A DNA stretch of 59,330 nt from an uncultured bacterium (GTDB taxonomy: Bacteria; Patescibacteriota; Gracilibacteria; Absconditabacterales; Absconditicoccaceae). Position 1 is the stretch's first letter; the number at the start of each line of letters is the position of its first letter. Made by a program: the position numbers and the translations under genes. The notes beneath the pieces were generated by a model. The model made no database searches. It saw only the letters and a program-made list of their open reading frames with translations, and was not told where the DNA came from. The stretch is taken from assembly GCA_903918675.1 (NCBI GenBank), contig CAIXFE010000093.1, positions 1 through 59,330 of the forward strand. Direction: 5' to 3'. Below are positions 1 through 11,309 of this stretch, one piece after another.

Positions 1-62
1 CCATTATCGGCTTCACCCTACAACAATCTGTGGCCATCTGAGGCAATGTGCGGCCACCTGGA
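1..62. repeat. word-array element (partial at window edge)
   Basis: Degenerate words CTGTGGCCATCTGAGG / TGTGCGGCCACCTGGAG. Bases 30..44 are the exact reverse complement of 46466..46480. Confidence 0.6.
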
Positions 63-63
63 G

Positions 64-684
64 CTATTTTCTCAATTCAATATTCCATCCAATCAAATAT
101 CATTTTTCTTCTATCGGATGTAATTTTACCTCGAAGAAACAATCTTTCGCTATTTTTTCTATATCTTGGATTCTGTAATTGAAAAGCTGGATTTTAAACT
201 GGTCTTTATTTGCTTTCCGGATGAATTCACGTCTCTGCAGAAAATATCACAGGATCGCCTCTCATCACGTTTTCAAAATTCTATACATCTCAGAGAAGAA
301 ATGATGCAGATCGTTGATATGTTCCAAGACAAAAAAGCTGAACGCGAGATCAAAGGTCTCATCAGGGAAGGGGAGTGTGGACTCCAAATCACAGACAGTC
401 TTTTTTATATTTTTACCATTGGGATGTTTAGCAAGAAGTTTCTCTGCAATATCACAAGCGGTGAAACTTTTGAAGGGATATTTGTCCAATAACTTATAAA
501 TTCTCCCATCGCCTGCGCCGAGATCTATTGCGTCTAAATCTTTCGTTTCCCTAGGCAACAACCTCAAAAAAAATCATCTATCAAAATCATTGAGATGCTG
601 GTGGAAAGCGCCATATTGATCAGCTATCGTATTATAGCCTTCTTGAGGGAGTTTGATGGTAATATGTTTTGATTGATAGGTCAT
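64..684 (-). CDS. class I SAM-dependent methyltransferase
   Basis: Same-frame pieces joined with TGA=Gly. Motif I DLGAGDG. Post-I motif ILKTGGEA, where GG is two tandem TGA (262..267). ATG at 682..684, TAG at 64..66. Confidence 0.8.
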
Positions 685-705
685 TTTTGGAGGGAGAATA
701 AAAAA

Positions 706-820
706 AATCGAGTACCCTCTTTACTTAAAGAGGGGGGACCCGATAGGGTGGGAGATTTTTTTAAACAAAATCCTCCGTCTGCTTCGCATCCACCTCCTTT
801 CGGTAAAGGAGGGATTTAAT
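706..820. repeat. hairpin-pair intergenic element (copy 1)
   Basis: CCCTCTTTACTTAAAGAGGG hairpin, then ACCCGATAGGGTGGGAGATTTTTTT, ATCCACCT and a CCTCCTTTCGGTAAAGGAGG hairpin. Same layout as 5335..5470. Confidence 0.6.
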
Positions 821-830
821 GTTGCTTATT

Positions 831-1229
831 CTAAAAAAAAGTTTTCTCTTTTACTTCATCATGACTCTCTGGCTTGATATATTGTTGCATTTTCTCCTCA
901 ATATTTGGGCTGGGAGTCTGGAGAAATTTATTGAGTTCCGTGCTTTTCTCAGCGGCCTTCTTGAGGTGTACATAATACTTGCTGAGTTCGGAAACCACAT
1001 CAGACATATCATCATTTCTTTCCAAGAGTTCTGTGACCTTCTGTTTCAAGATCGCATTTTGCTGGACGTATTCATCTAGTTCATTGCTGAGATATTGGAT
1101 CTCTTTTCCCGCTTCTTTGAGATTACTTCTCAGTTCATTCACGGTATCTCTATGTTGATATCTGAAATAGAATACAAGGTATCCTATAAGTCCACCTATG
1201 ATTAAAGCCAGAAGAAGATATCAGGTCAT
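831..1229 (-). CDS. membrane-anchored coiled-coil protein (YhcB/DUF1043-like architecture)
   Basis: N-terminal TM segment MTGYLLLALIIGGLIGYLVFYF followed by a heptad-rich helix. One in-frame TGA. TAG stop. Confidence 0.5.
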
Positions 1230-1421
1230 GTTTTTGGATGGAGAATTTAAAATGAATGATGCTGTAAATTTAGTTTCGATATTGAATGCATGATACTCGT
1301 TTCCGAAAGGAAATCAAATAAAAAACGATGTGAGTATGGATAGGAAATATTTCCTGAAAAAAATCATTAAAGAAAAAACCTCTCTTGCGAAAGGTCCTTT
1401 CTATTTGGATGTGGTAAGAAA

Positions 1422-1703
1422 CTAAGATTTCTTGATAGCTCCTTTGAATTCAGATCCAGCCTTGAAAGTAACAACCTTCATTGCAGGGATGCTGATCTTC
1501 TGACTTGGGTTTTGTGGGTTAACACCAGTTCTAGCTTTTCTTTTAGAAGCTTTGAAAGTTCCGAAACCTTGAACTCTAACTTCACCAGATTTCTTTACTC
1601 CAGCAATAACTGTTTCGATGAAAGAGTTAACTAGTTCAGCAGCTAGTTTCTTAGATACGCCTAATTGTTCAGCTAGGCTAGCAATAAGAGCAGTTTTTGT
1701 CAT
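1422..1703 (-). CDS. hup: HU family DNA-binding protein
   Basis: Intact 93-aa ORF. Signature GFGTFKASKRKARTGVNPQNPSQKISIPAMKVVTFKAG. Confidence 0.9.
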   Translation of the reverse strand: MTKTALIASLAEQLGVSKKLAAELVNSFIETVIAGVKKSGEVRVQGFGTFKASKRKARTGVNPQNPSQKISIPAMKVVTFKAGSEFKGAIKKS

Positions 1704-1747
1704 TGTACAAATAATTACTAAATAAAAAGAGTACTTCGTACAGCATC

Positions 1748-1776
1748 ATATTAGGATAGAGTAGCCATATTTCAAG
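1748..1776 (-). promoter_or_regulatory. sigma70-type promoter of hup
   Basis: Minus strand reads TTGAAA-17 nt-TAATAT, about 45 nt upstream of the hup ATG. Confidence 0.45.
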
Positions 1777-1898
1777 GGTTTTTTGATGATTTTTACCTTG
1801 TTTTGGTCGAGATGGATATTGTAAGGTGAGAACTGGCATATCTGGCATCTATAGCGGTCTCCTTTGGCGAAATGGAGTTGACATCTTAGAAAATAATT

Positions 1899-2462
1899 CT
1901 AAGAATTATCGTCCAAAAGATTCTTCAAATACTTGATCGCTCTGCTTATCCTTTGCCTTATCGTATCATTTGCTATTCATGTAAGCACAGCAATCTCATC
2001 ATTTGTTTTCTCTTCGATGAACTTAAAATAAATAATATCTCTGCTGAGATCATCTAATTTTTTCATCACACCTTGGATCCTTTCAAAAGAGAAATCATTT
2101 TCCATCAATAACGATATATCAAATTCATCTACTAACGTATCACCAAAGTCTTCATCTTCTTCAGATTGCTTGAGATCGGTAAATGCCATATCCGTATTTT
2201 TCTTGAAAAAATCTTTGAGCGTATTTTTGAAGATCGTCCAAAAGTATCCTGTGAAAGAAAGCGTATCATCAAAGTGTTTGATCGCCTCTCGAAACTTTAC
2301 ATAAAAATCAGAGATCACGTCCTCAGCATCTTCTTTAGAGAGAAAATAATTAGCATTGATATAACGGAAAAACATATCCACCGTCTGGAGGTAGAACTCA
2401 TTGAAAGCATTTGGATCTTGAGCTTTCAGTTTCTTTATCTGTGAGTCTGAAAGTGCTATCAC
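1899..2462 (-). CDS. sigma-70 family (ECF-type) RNA polymerase sigma factor
   Basis: Region-2-like AEDVISDFYVKFREAI and a C-terminal region-4 HTH NDEIAVLT[TGA]IANDTIRQRISRAIKYLK. GTG start, TAG stop. Confidence 0.7.
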
Positions 2463-2508
2463 GGTTTACTGACTAATATATAAAGTATGGTTTTCATGCT
2501 AGTATGTC

Positions 2509-2593
2509 GGTATATTGGTGTATCGGGGATTGGTGTATTAGTGTATTGGAAAACGGCTGCCTGCCGAATAACCAATAACCAATTGCCAATTAC
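2509..2593. repeat. word-array palindromic element (ATTGG.. / core GGCTGCCTGCC / CCAATAA..)
   Basis: Left arm is repeated (T)ATTGGTGT words and the right arm is repeated CCAATAA/CCAATTG words (reverse-complement sense), around a GC core. Confidence 0.75.
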
Positions 2594-2622
2594 AAGGAGC
2601 TCAGTACATTTATGATCAACAA

Positions 2623-3888
2623 TTAATTCAATAAAGACTTCGCCTTCTCCAACTGATTATCAGTATTGTCTTTTGCGTATGCTCAGGTATCAAATGTCAC
2701 AACCACATCAGGAGCTATACCTACTTTATCTATAGTCTTCCCACTTGGAGCATATCGTCTGCCTATCGTATATTTCAGTGATGCCCCATCAGTAAATTCA
2801 TCTATCGTCTGGATAGATCATTTCCCAAACGTCTGCGTGCCTACGATTTTAGCTCAAGCTCATTCTTGTAAAGCTAGGGCAATAATCTCTCCTGCAGATG
2901 CAGTTCCTCCATCGACAAGAACGATGACAGGTAATCACTGGAGATCTCCGTATCCTTCAGAATAAAATTTCTCATCAGGCAATGTTCTATATCTTGTACT
3001 TACAATGAGACTTCATTTGGGTAGGAAGTGAGAGACAATTTCCGACGCGATAGAGATAAGCCCACCACCGTTTCCTCTCAGATCTAGAATAACTCACTGA
3101 ATGCTTTGTTTTTTCAGACTCAGAATATTGGTTTTCAAAAGGTTCTCTGTCTCTTCTCCTATGATAGAGATATTGATATATCAGATATTTTTACTTCCTG
3201 CTCACGTAAGCACCTCACTCGTGACTGAAGGGATACTCAATTTATCTCTGGTGACTACCTTTTGTAGAACAGTCTTACTGCCATCTTTCCCTATCCTTTC
3301 AAGAGTGATTGTGACTTGGGTCCCTTTGGGTCATCTAATCTTGGCGACAGCACCATTCACATCGAGGTCCTTTACTGATCAACTATCGATCGAAATAATC
3401 CTATCCAAGGGCATTAGTCCAGCAATGGCAGCAGGCGATCATTTCAATACTTCTTCTATCTGCACATAATAGTCTATTTTACTTACCACGGCTCATATCC
3501 CCTCGAAATCGGTCTGCCCCTTGATCTCTTCGTTGAATCAAGAATTTTCCGTGCTATCCATATATACAGTGTACGGGTCATCGATACCATCTACGAATCC
3601 TTTGACAGCATCTTCAATCATAAGCCCACTTTGGAGTTTGCTTTGATCATAATAGGCACTTTGTAAAACACTATATATTGCATCCAAGCGTTGATATGCA
3701 GTATCTCCCAATGCCGATGCTCCAGGATTGACTACTTGCCCTATCGACCTTATGAGTCCATCAATATTGATCTTCCCTTCTTGGATAAGTGGCTGATGGA
3801 GCGCAGTATATTCATATTTAATCTGTCGGACAAATCGGCCTAAAAGGATTCATAATGCAAATATGAGGAGAACTTTCAATTTTTTCAT
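2623..3888 (-). CDS. S41 family C-terminal processing peptidase
   Basis: No piece reaches 60 aa in the standard code. With TGA=Gly there is a continuous 421-aa ORF (checked triplet by triplet, no TAA/TAG). N-terminal TM segment, PDZ-like region, LDLRGNGGG, LVDGGTASAGEI. Confidence 0.8.
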
Positions 3889-3914
3889 ACCTTATATATA
3901 GGGAATATAAAAAA

Positions 3915-4259
3915 CTACGAATTCGTCACATTTTCGTATATTTCGAGAATACGATTCCCCTTCACAAATACAACATCAAGGGAAATCTCTGTCTCGGGAG
4001 GATATCTTAGAAGATAGTATTCCATCGTTTTCCTAAGTGTGGCTATTTTCTTTCTAGTTACATAGCCATCTATCTCATCAGTGTTATTGATGACTTTCAC
4101 CTCTACAAACAGCAGGGGATCTCATTTTCTGAAAATAATATCTATCTCTCCTCAGCGGATAGTATAGTTTTTTTGAAGTAAGGTATATCACAGATCTTCA
4201 TAATGTTTGGTTGCGAGTTCTTCACCGGCCTTACCTACTTCTTTCAGATAGTTATCCAT
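3915..4259 (-). CDS. YraN family (UPF0102) endonuclease-like protein
   Basis: GEELATKHYEDLGY..., RGGEIDIIF, LLFVEVK, and a C-terminal DVVFV motif. Four in-frame TGA codons read as Gly. Confidence 0.7.
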
Positions 4260-4295
4260 AGCCCATTCGTTAGCAATAAATATCATACAGATCCT

Positions 4296-4877
4296 CTAGG
4301 CTTCAAGCTCTTTCTCTACAAAGTCCCGATTCACAATATTCCACCGATTCGTCACGTATTCTACCCTACGATTCTGATACTTCAGGTAATAGGCATGCTC
4401 CCATACATCTACAGTCAATAAAGGTTTTTTATCTAGAGTAAGCGGAGATCAAGCGTTACTCGTATTGATAATCTCTAATGTCCCATCAGGGTTTTTCACT
4501 AGCCAAGTCCGCCCAGATCAGAAGTTGCCGACAGCACTAGCCGTCATTACTTCTTTAAATTTTTCAAAACTTCATCGGTTAGCATTTATCGCTTCTAACA
4601 ATGATCAGGTAGGTTGATTATTCTCTTGTGGCGATTGCAGACAATTTCGATAGAACGTGTGATTCCAAATTTGTGATGCATTATTAAAGATGGGCCCATC
4701 AGCGGTCTTGATAATTTCTTCCAATTCTCGATCCTTAAATCCGGTATCAGCGATCAGCTCATTCAGTTTATTCACATAGCCTTGATGATGTTTACTGTAA
4801 TGAAGCTCGACTGTCTGGGCGTCAATGATGGGTTCTAGCGCATTGTAATCATAGGGGAGAGAGGGGAGAGTGAACAT
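4296..4877 (-). CDS. Fe/Mn superoxide dismutase
   Basis: [29 protein letters not shown] ... [15 protein letters not shown]. Pieces joined across TGA at 4605..4607. Confidence 0.9.
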
Positions 4878-5334
4878 AATAAGGGATTAGGAATTAAAAA
4901 TTAGGCATTGTATTTTTTTAAAATCTAAGGTCCAAGTTCTAAGCGCTAAGCTCTCTGAGTATCAAGCTTCAAGTTTCCAGCCAATAGCAATTGTACCGGT
5001 CGCCGAAGATTTTTCAATAGAAAATACGCTCTTGCAAAACGACATTTTTTCATTATTTATAGAAGTATCTTTATCTATCAAGCAATTTATGCTCAGAGAA
5101 AGCTTCAACGCAACGTGTTGTACAAACGGTAGAACTACTGGAGCTTTTCTCGATCGCATAAAAAGATAGAACATACTATTTTGCAGCTGCGCCTTCTGGG
5201 AAACTCCAGAGGTTTTTTTTAATTCGACGAAAGAAAATTTATGAATCTATTGCAGAAAATATTATATCGAGATGATTCGTGTCGAAACAAAATTTCTATA
5301 CGTAAAAGAATCTCTAAATAATTCAAATTTTACT

Positions 5335-5470
5335 ATATTCTGTCTCCCTTTCATAAAGGGAGATACCCGAAGGGGAGAGGGATTTTTTCTCGAAAACACT
5401 CTATCATCTCTAGTATCTTAAATCCACCTGTCTTTCAGACTTCCCCCTTTGCAAAGGGGGACAACATGGG
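5335..5470. repeat. hairpin-pair intergenic element (copy 2)
   Basis: TCTCCCTTTCATAAAGGGAGA hairpin, then ACCCGAAGGGGAGAGGGATTTTTT, ATCCACCT and a CCCCCTTTGCAAAGGGGG hairpin. Confidence 0.6.
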
Positions 5471-5524
5471 AGGCAATGAATATTTTAGAGGCCCCTAAAC
5501 TTTTTACTTATTAATCTTTTTCTC

Positions 5525-6430
5525 ATGAAACTAAATATTGAATGACTCTTACAAACCGTACCCATGATCCCTATCAAGGGAATCAGAGACAATACCGTCC
5601 ATGCGCTGATGGAGAAATATAATATTACTGGATCCGTGAAAGTGAAACCCGTCTATCGAATCCTCAAAGATGCTCACGAAAAATGATTATTAGATTGAAA
5701 TAAAATTGCCCTAGAAGCTTCCAGTGGGAATACTGCTATCGCATTAGCCTATCTCTGAAATCTTTTTGCTCTTCAGGTCCAGATCATCCTTCCTCGCACC
5801 ACTTCGCCTTGCAAAAAAAAATTGATCCAATCCTATGGCGCTGAGATCATAGAGATCGATGGGTCTACAGATATAGGGATTAAACTGAGAGATCGCATGC
5901 ACGCAGAGAATCCAGGTAAATATTTTCTTCCCGATCAATTCAGTAACTACGCTAACTTCCGAGCGCATTACCATCTCACAGGCCCGTATATCTTACAGAA
6001 ATTAGGGAAAATAGATTTCTTCATCGCAGGATTATGAACCTCATGAACTCTGCTCGGCGCTGGGAAATATCTCAAAGAACATCTGCCAGATATCAAGATT
6101 ATTTGAATTAATCCACTGGAGAGGATCGAAGGATTGAGAAACTTCAAAGCTACAGATATTGTGATTCCATTTTTTGAAGAACATAAATGACTGATCGATG
6201 AAATCATTGATGTGACCTTCGATCCCTGTGTCATCTCTGGAGTCCAAGAGTATCTCAAAGAAGGCTATTTCGTCGGTATCTCATCCGGTGCCATCTTGAG
6301 CGGAGCCAAAAAGTATCTCCATGGCAAATCTGGACTCAAGTGAGTAATTGTGGCTCCGGATGGTGGCGATTATTATCTCGATACCTTAGTGAAATATCTA
6401 GATGCAGAAGATTTCGTGGCTTGCAAGTAG
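5525..6430 (+). CDS. cysK: cysteine synthase family PLP-dependent enzyme
   Basis: NITGSVKVKP (PLP lysine region), EASSGNTAIALA, GLGTSGTLLG with both underlying glycines of G-x-G encoded by TGA. 301 aa, TAG stop. Confidence 0.75.
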
Positions 6431-6472
6431 GGAAATATTTCCATAGAAAAGAGAAATTAATTCCGTATGATA

Positions 6473-6570
6473 GAAGGGCTTGAAAGGTTTGAAAGGTAAG
6501 AAAGCCTTGAAAGGTTTCCGAAAAAAACTCCCTTTATCCCTTTGCGCCTTTATTCCCTTTCCTTCCCCTC
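6473..6570. repeat. word-array palindromic element (GAAAGG / CCCTTT)
   Basis: Left arm CTTGAAAGGTTTGAAAGGTAAGAAAGCCTTGAAAGG, right arm CCCTTTATCCCTTTGCGCCTTTATTCCCTTTCC. Confidence 0.7.
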
Positions 6571-6577
6571 CGTCCAT

Positions 6578-8461
6578 ATGCAAGACATCATACTTCAGCT
6601 ATTCCATACGCCAACAAGCAAATTAGATCTTGATCTCCTTACTCAGCTCAAGAGAAGTTTTTCTAGAACTCATAAATTACCTGATCTTCCTTCAAACATC
6701 CAACTATTACAAGCTTACTACACCTTACTCAAAGCCAAAAAAATCAAAAAAACTCCTCAGATAGAACAGCTACTTAAGAAAAGAGCGATCAGATCTAGTT
6801 CGTGAATCGTAGCCATCCAGGTGCTTACCAAGCCCTTCCCCTGCCCAGGTCAGTGTATTTTCTGTCCCAACGATCCGACTATGCCCAAGAGTTATATCAA
6901 GTCAGAACCGGGTGCAATGAGGGCATTGCTCAATCATTTCGATCCGATCAAACAAGTATACAATAGATTGCTTTCACTGACATTGACCGGTCACGAAACC
7001 GATAAGATCGAGATGATCGTCTTGTGAGGGACATTCGACGTTTACACGAAAGCCTACAAAACGAAGTTTGTGAAAGAGTTATATGATGCCTGCAATACCT
7101 TCGATGAATATTTCGATAATATCACCGTCTCTACCACGACGAAATATTCTCACGCCATCACGGATAAGAGCAAGAAGATAAAATACTCGGCGAACATTAC
7201 TGAGGCACTCAAAAGAAATGAGAGCACAGCACATAGGATCATTTGACTCACTATCGAGACCAGACCTGAATATGTGACAGATGAGAACTGCAAATTTCGA
7301 CGTGAGTTGGGGGTAACAAGGATCGAGATGGGGTTGCAGTCTCTGGATGAAGAAGTCTTAAAGCTGAATAAGAGAGGGCATACGGTCCAGCAAGCACGCA
7401 TGGCCTGTGATAAACTCAGGAGGTATGGCTTCAAGATCTGTCTGCATATCATGCCAGGATTGTATGGCTCGAGTTATGCAAAAGATTTGAAGAGTTTCGA
7501 AGATCTTTATTCTGATCCATTTTTCAAACCCGATGAAATAAAATTTTATCCGACATCAGTCATTCCAAACACCCAACTCTGCAAACTCTACCAAGAAGGC
7601 AAGTACAAACCTCTGGAAACATCAGAGATAAAAAAACTTATTACTCAGACCTTTCTTCACGTTATCCCTCCCTACACCAGGATCAAGCGTCTCATCCGCG
7701 ATATCCCAGAAAACGAAATCGTTGCATGAAGCAAAGTAACGAATCTTTCGCAATTGATGCACGAAGAAATGCAATCAAAAATTGAAAATTGAAAATTGAA
7801 AATTGAAAATTTAACCGGAAGACTTTATGATAAATATAAACTTTTCAAAACAGTGAAAGAATTTCTAAGTGTCATTGCGAGTGAAGCAAGGCAATCCAGA
7901 AAGTGAAATAATGATGCAACATATATCATTGGTAAGAAGCCCGATCTAAAATCATTGAGAAACTTCGTATCATTAGATACAAGGAGTAGAGAAATTAGAA
8001 ATAAAATTAGAAATTGAAAATTGAAAATTGAAAATTGATCTCCGAATCTTGTGATGAGGAGATATCAGAGCAGCGCAGGGGAGGAGTACTTTATTTCATT
8101 CGAAGATGAGTTGGGATACTTGTACGGATTTGCAAGATTACTATTGCCCAAAGATGGAAAGAATCTAAGCTCTAAGTTCCAAGTGCTAAGCTCTAAAACG
8201 GCGATCATTAGAGAATTGCACGTTTATTGAAACGTTGAAACCCTCAAACAATGAAACAATGCGACACTGAAACACCGAAACAATAAGACTCAACATACTT
8301 GATTCTGAAAACAACTCATGCAGCTCGCCGAACAAATTGCAAAGGGAAACAATTACAAAAAACTTTCCGTAATCTCCGGCATTGGTGTCAGAGCATATTA
8401 CAGAAAGCTTTGATATAGACTCGAGTGAAGCTATATGGTGAAGAAAATTACTTCGTCTTAG
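6578..8461 (+). CDS. Elp3-like radical SAM / GNAT tRNA-modifying acetyltransferase
   Basis: CPGQCIFCP radical-SAM cluster motif, LTIETRPEY, MGLQSLDEEVL. C-terminal GNAT region [41 protein letters not shown]. All pieces lie in one frame with TGA=Gly. Confidence 0.8.
7778..8038. repeat. intragenic word-array element inside elp3
   Basis: (GAAAATT)4 at 7778..7812, hairpin GTCATTGCGAGTGAAGCAAGGCAATCC at 7871..7897, (GAAATTR)6 at 7990..8038. Translated in frame. Confidence 0.7.
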
Positions 8462-9116
8462 GTTCTACACATTTATCACGAGCAACTTGTAATTTCTCTT
8501 TATATATCTTCACGAAGGAGGAAAAATTTACACGATCTTTAGAAGATATCTTAATCGTTTGAGTCTTAGAATTGCTAAGCTGAAAGACCAATTTATCTTG
8601 AGTAAGAAGCTGATCACAGTAGTCTATTGCCTTTTGAATAACGCTCTTCAATGCAGTAAAACTTTTTGCCTTAGATATGCCTTCCCAAATTCCTAGAAAG
8701 TGTTCGCTTGAAGCTGAGTTTTTTTTCTCGTTATGAAATATTCTTCAGGAAGAAAAATTTGCGAAAATTATACCTACCTCTTGCTTAAAATTTCTCAAAG
8801 AAGCATCATATTGTATCTTCGCTCTAGCTAAAGCAGTATCCGGTTTGGTAGTATCAGGAGGATTCCCAGTAAGGTGAGATTGATCAGGAGAGAGGTTCTC
8901 AATAAGAGACTCTTTAGTAAACGTATTTCCAGAAAAATGGATAGGATTTCAGGCAAAACTGACAGCATTAATATCAGCGCCGCTTGATTGAGGAGCGCCT
9001 ATTTCCACTCAGTGAAGATTATTGAGTAATTCCTTATCTGTGGCCAGAGGAGATGCTACTGTAGCACCCGCAACTACTAAAGATAAACCAGCCAGTAAAG
9101 ATTGAGACTTATTCAT
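8448..9116 (-). CDS. secreted hypothetical protein
   Basis: Signal-peptide-like MNKSQSLLAGLSLVVAGATVASPLA. Continuous 222-aa ORF with TGA=Gly. Its 3' end overlaps the elp3 stop by 14 nt (convergent). Confidence 0.5.
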
Positions 9117-9251
9117 GATGATATCATAACAAGTAAAAAATCTAACTAGTATATACATATTAGCAAAAAAAAGTCAACACAAAAAAACACCCGTCTCCAG
9201 GTGCTTTATATTCTCGTTTAGTCGTTTTAACGTTTAGTCGTTTGAACGTTC

Positions 9252-11156
9252 TTAAATATCAATGTCCTTAACACTCTTCGCATGCGTCAGGATGAAATGC
9301 TTTCTAGATTGTACATCTTCTCCCATCAAAATTCTGAATAATCTATCTGCTTCTTCGGCATCTTCTACATTGATCTGTTTCAATTTTCTATGTTCTGGAT
9401 CCATGGTTGTGCTCCACAATTGCTCAGCGTTCATTTCTCCAAGACCTTTATATCTCTGGACTTCCGTCTTATCTTTATCGAATCCATACATCTCAGGAGT
9501 ATGTGTCTCATCGTAGATATATTCTTCTTTTTTGCCTTGAGAAAATTTATAGATAGGAGGACAAGCTGCATAGACATGCCCATGCTCCAGTAATGGTCTC
9601 ATAAATCTAAAGAAAAATGTCAGGAGAAGTGTCCTGATATGTGCTCCATCCACATCCGCATCGGTCATGATGATGATTTTTTCATATCTCAATAATGCAA
9701 GATCAAAATTATCTTTCACTCATGTTCATATTGCAGTAATCAATGCTTTCACTTCATTATTTGCCATGATCTTCTGGATGACGGCTTGTTCTGTATTCAA
9801 AATTTTACCTCTCAAGGGGAGGATAGCTTGGAAATTACTATTACGACCTTGCTTCGCACTACCTCACGCACTGTCTCACTCTACGATGTACATCTCTGTA
9901 CCTTCCATCTTTTTCTGCGCACAGTCCGCAAGCTTACCTGGCAAGACTCCTCCAGCCAAAATATTTTTCCTCAATACAGTCTCTTTAGCAAACTTCGCCG
10001 CCAATCTTGCTCTCGCAGCCAATTCAACTTTCTCGAAAATTCTATCAAATTCACCTTCATTCTGAGCAAAATATTCCTTCAGATAATCATAGACAATGGT
10101 CTCCACTTCGCCTCTCACATAACTATTCCCTAGTCTTCCTTTCGTCTGTCCCTCAAATTGTGGCTCAGGTATCTTTACAGTCACGATAGAGTAGAGTCCA
10201 TCAGTCACATCAGAATATTGGAATTCTCATATTTTCTTATTGATCTTATCTTTTTCTTTCGCAACTTCGTTGATAATATTCAGAAGAGCAGATCTGAATC
10301 CAAGTACGTGTGAGCCTCCATCTGTGGTAGGAATATTATTCACGAACGAAAGCATGTGATCGTTGGGAGTATTTACAAATTCGAATGCAATCTCAGCCAA
10401 ACAGTCTTTCCCTTCTTTATTGATATAATGGATAGAGGAGAGCGGTTGTTGTTCTCCGACAAGATTTTTCAACCATGTCTTGATTCCTCATTCGAAGAAA
10501 AACCTCTGTTTGTATCAAGTCTTCTTATTATGAAAATTGAACGTGACCCCAGGAGTCAGATATGCACTCTGTTTCATCCTCGCTACTTCGATAGGTTGAG
10601 AAAATTCTACGGTCTCAAACACCAAAGGATCTGGTTTAAATTTCACGCTCGTCCCCACTTTATTGCTTTCTCCGATCTCTTGGATCGATCACTGAGGGAT
10701 TCCTCTCTCAAATCTTTGAAAATATTTCTTCCCATTTTTATATACAGTGACTTCCAACCATTCGGACAAAGCATTCACGACAGAAGCTCCTACTCCATGA
10801 AGTCCTCCAGATATTTTGTAGACATCCTTATCAAATTTTCCTCCTGCATGCAAGACCGTAAAGACAGTCTCTAAAGCAGATTTCCCAGTCTTCTCATGAA
10901 GGTCTACGGGGATACCTCTTCCATTATCATGGATAGAGACAGATCCATCTTCATTAATGGTCGTAGTAATGGTTGTACAATATCCAGCTAATGCCTCATC
11001 GACAGCATTATCTACGATCTCTTGGATCAAATGGTGTAATCCTTTGGCATCAGTGGATCAGATATACATCCCAGGTCTTTGCCTTACAGGTTCCAATCAT
11101 TCCAATACCTTGATATGCGAAGCATCATACTCCTTTGCGTTTGTAACGGGGGTCAT
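9252..11156 (-). CDS. gyrB: DNA gyrase subunit B
   Basis: Four same-frame pieces. [74 protein letters not shown]. Confidence 0.95.
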
Positions 11157-11309
11157 AAATAGTGTATAATAATATAAAATTTTCAAATGATCAAATTGCA
11201 CCAAATTATTCCCAATCATTTTTTAAATTCTTAAATTCCCTTGTTCTGTAAAGAATAAATTTTTAAATTCATTCGAACATTAGGAATAATTTATAAATTT
11301 GTATATTAA

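Noticed and set aside
2666-3469. Plus-strand track ORFs of 99 and 122 aa.
   Set aside because: They are antisense to a continuous (TGA=Gly) S41 peptidase gene with clear motifs, and their own sequences are low-complexity. The same reasoning applies to 9262..10189, 13252..13512, 18318..18949, 21237..21599, 41074..41680 (+), 42643..43196 and 52260..52931.
4887-5174. 70-aa minus-strand ORF (96 aa if its TGA is read through).
   Set aside because: Its extension runs through a word array. No motif or start context supports it, so I left the region as non-coding.
7778-8038. Short tandem repeats (GAAAATT and others, also at 44816..44920 and 18966..19145) as a possible CRISPR array.
   Set aside because: The period is 7-9 nt with no unique spacers, no cas genes are present, and some copies are translated inside genes.
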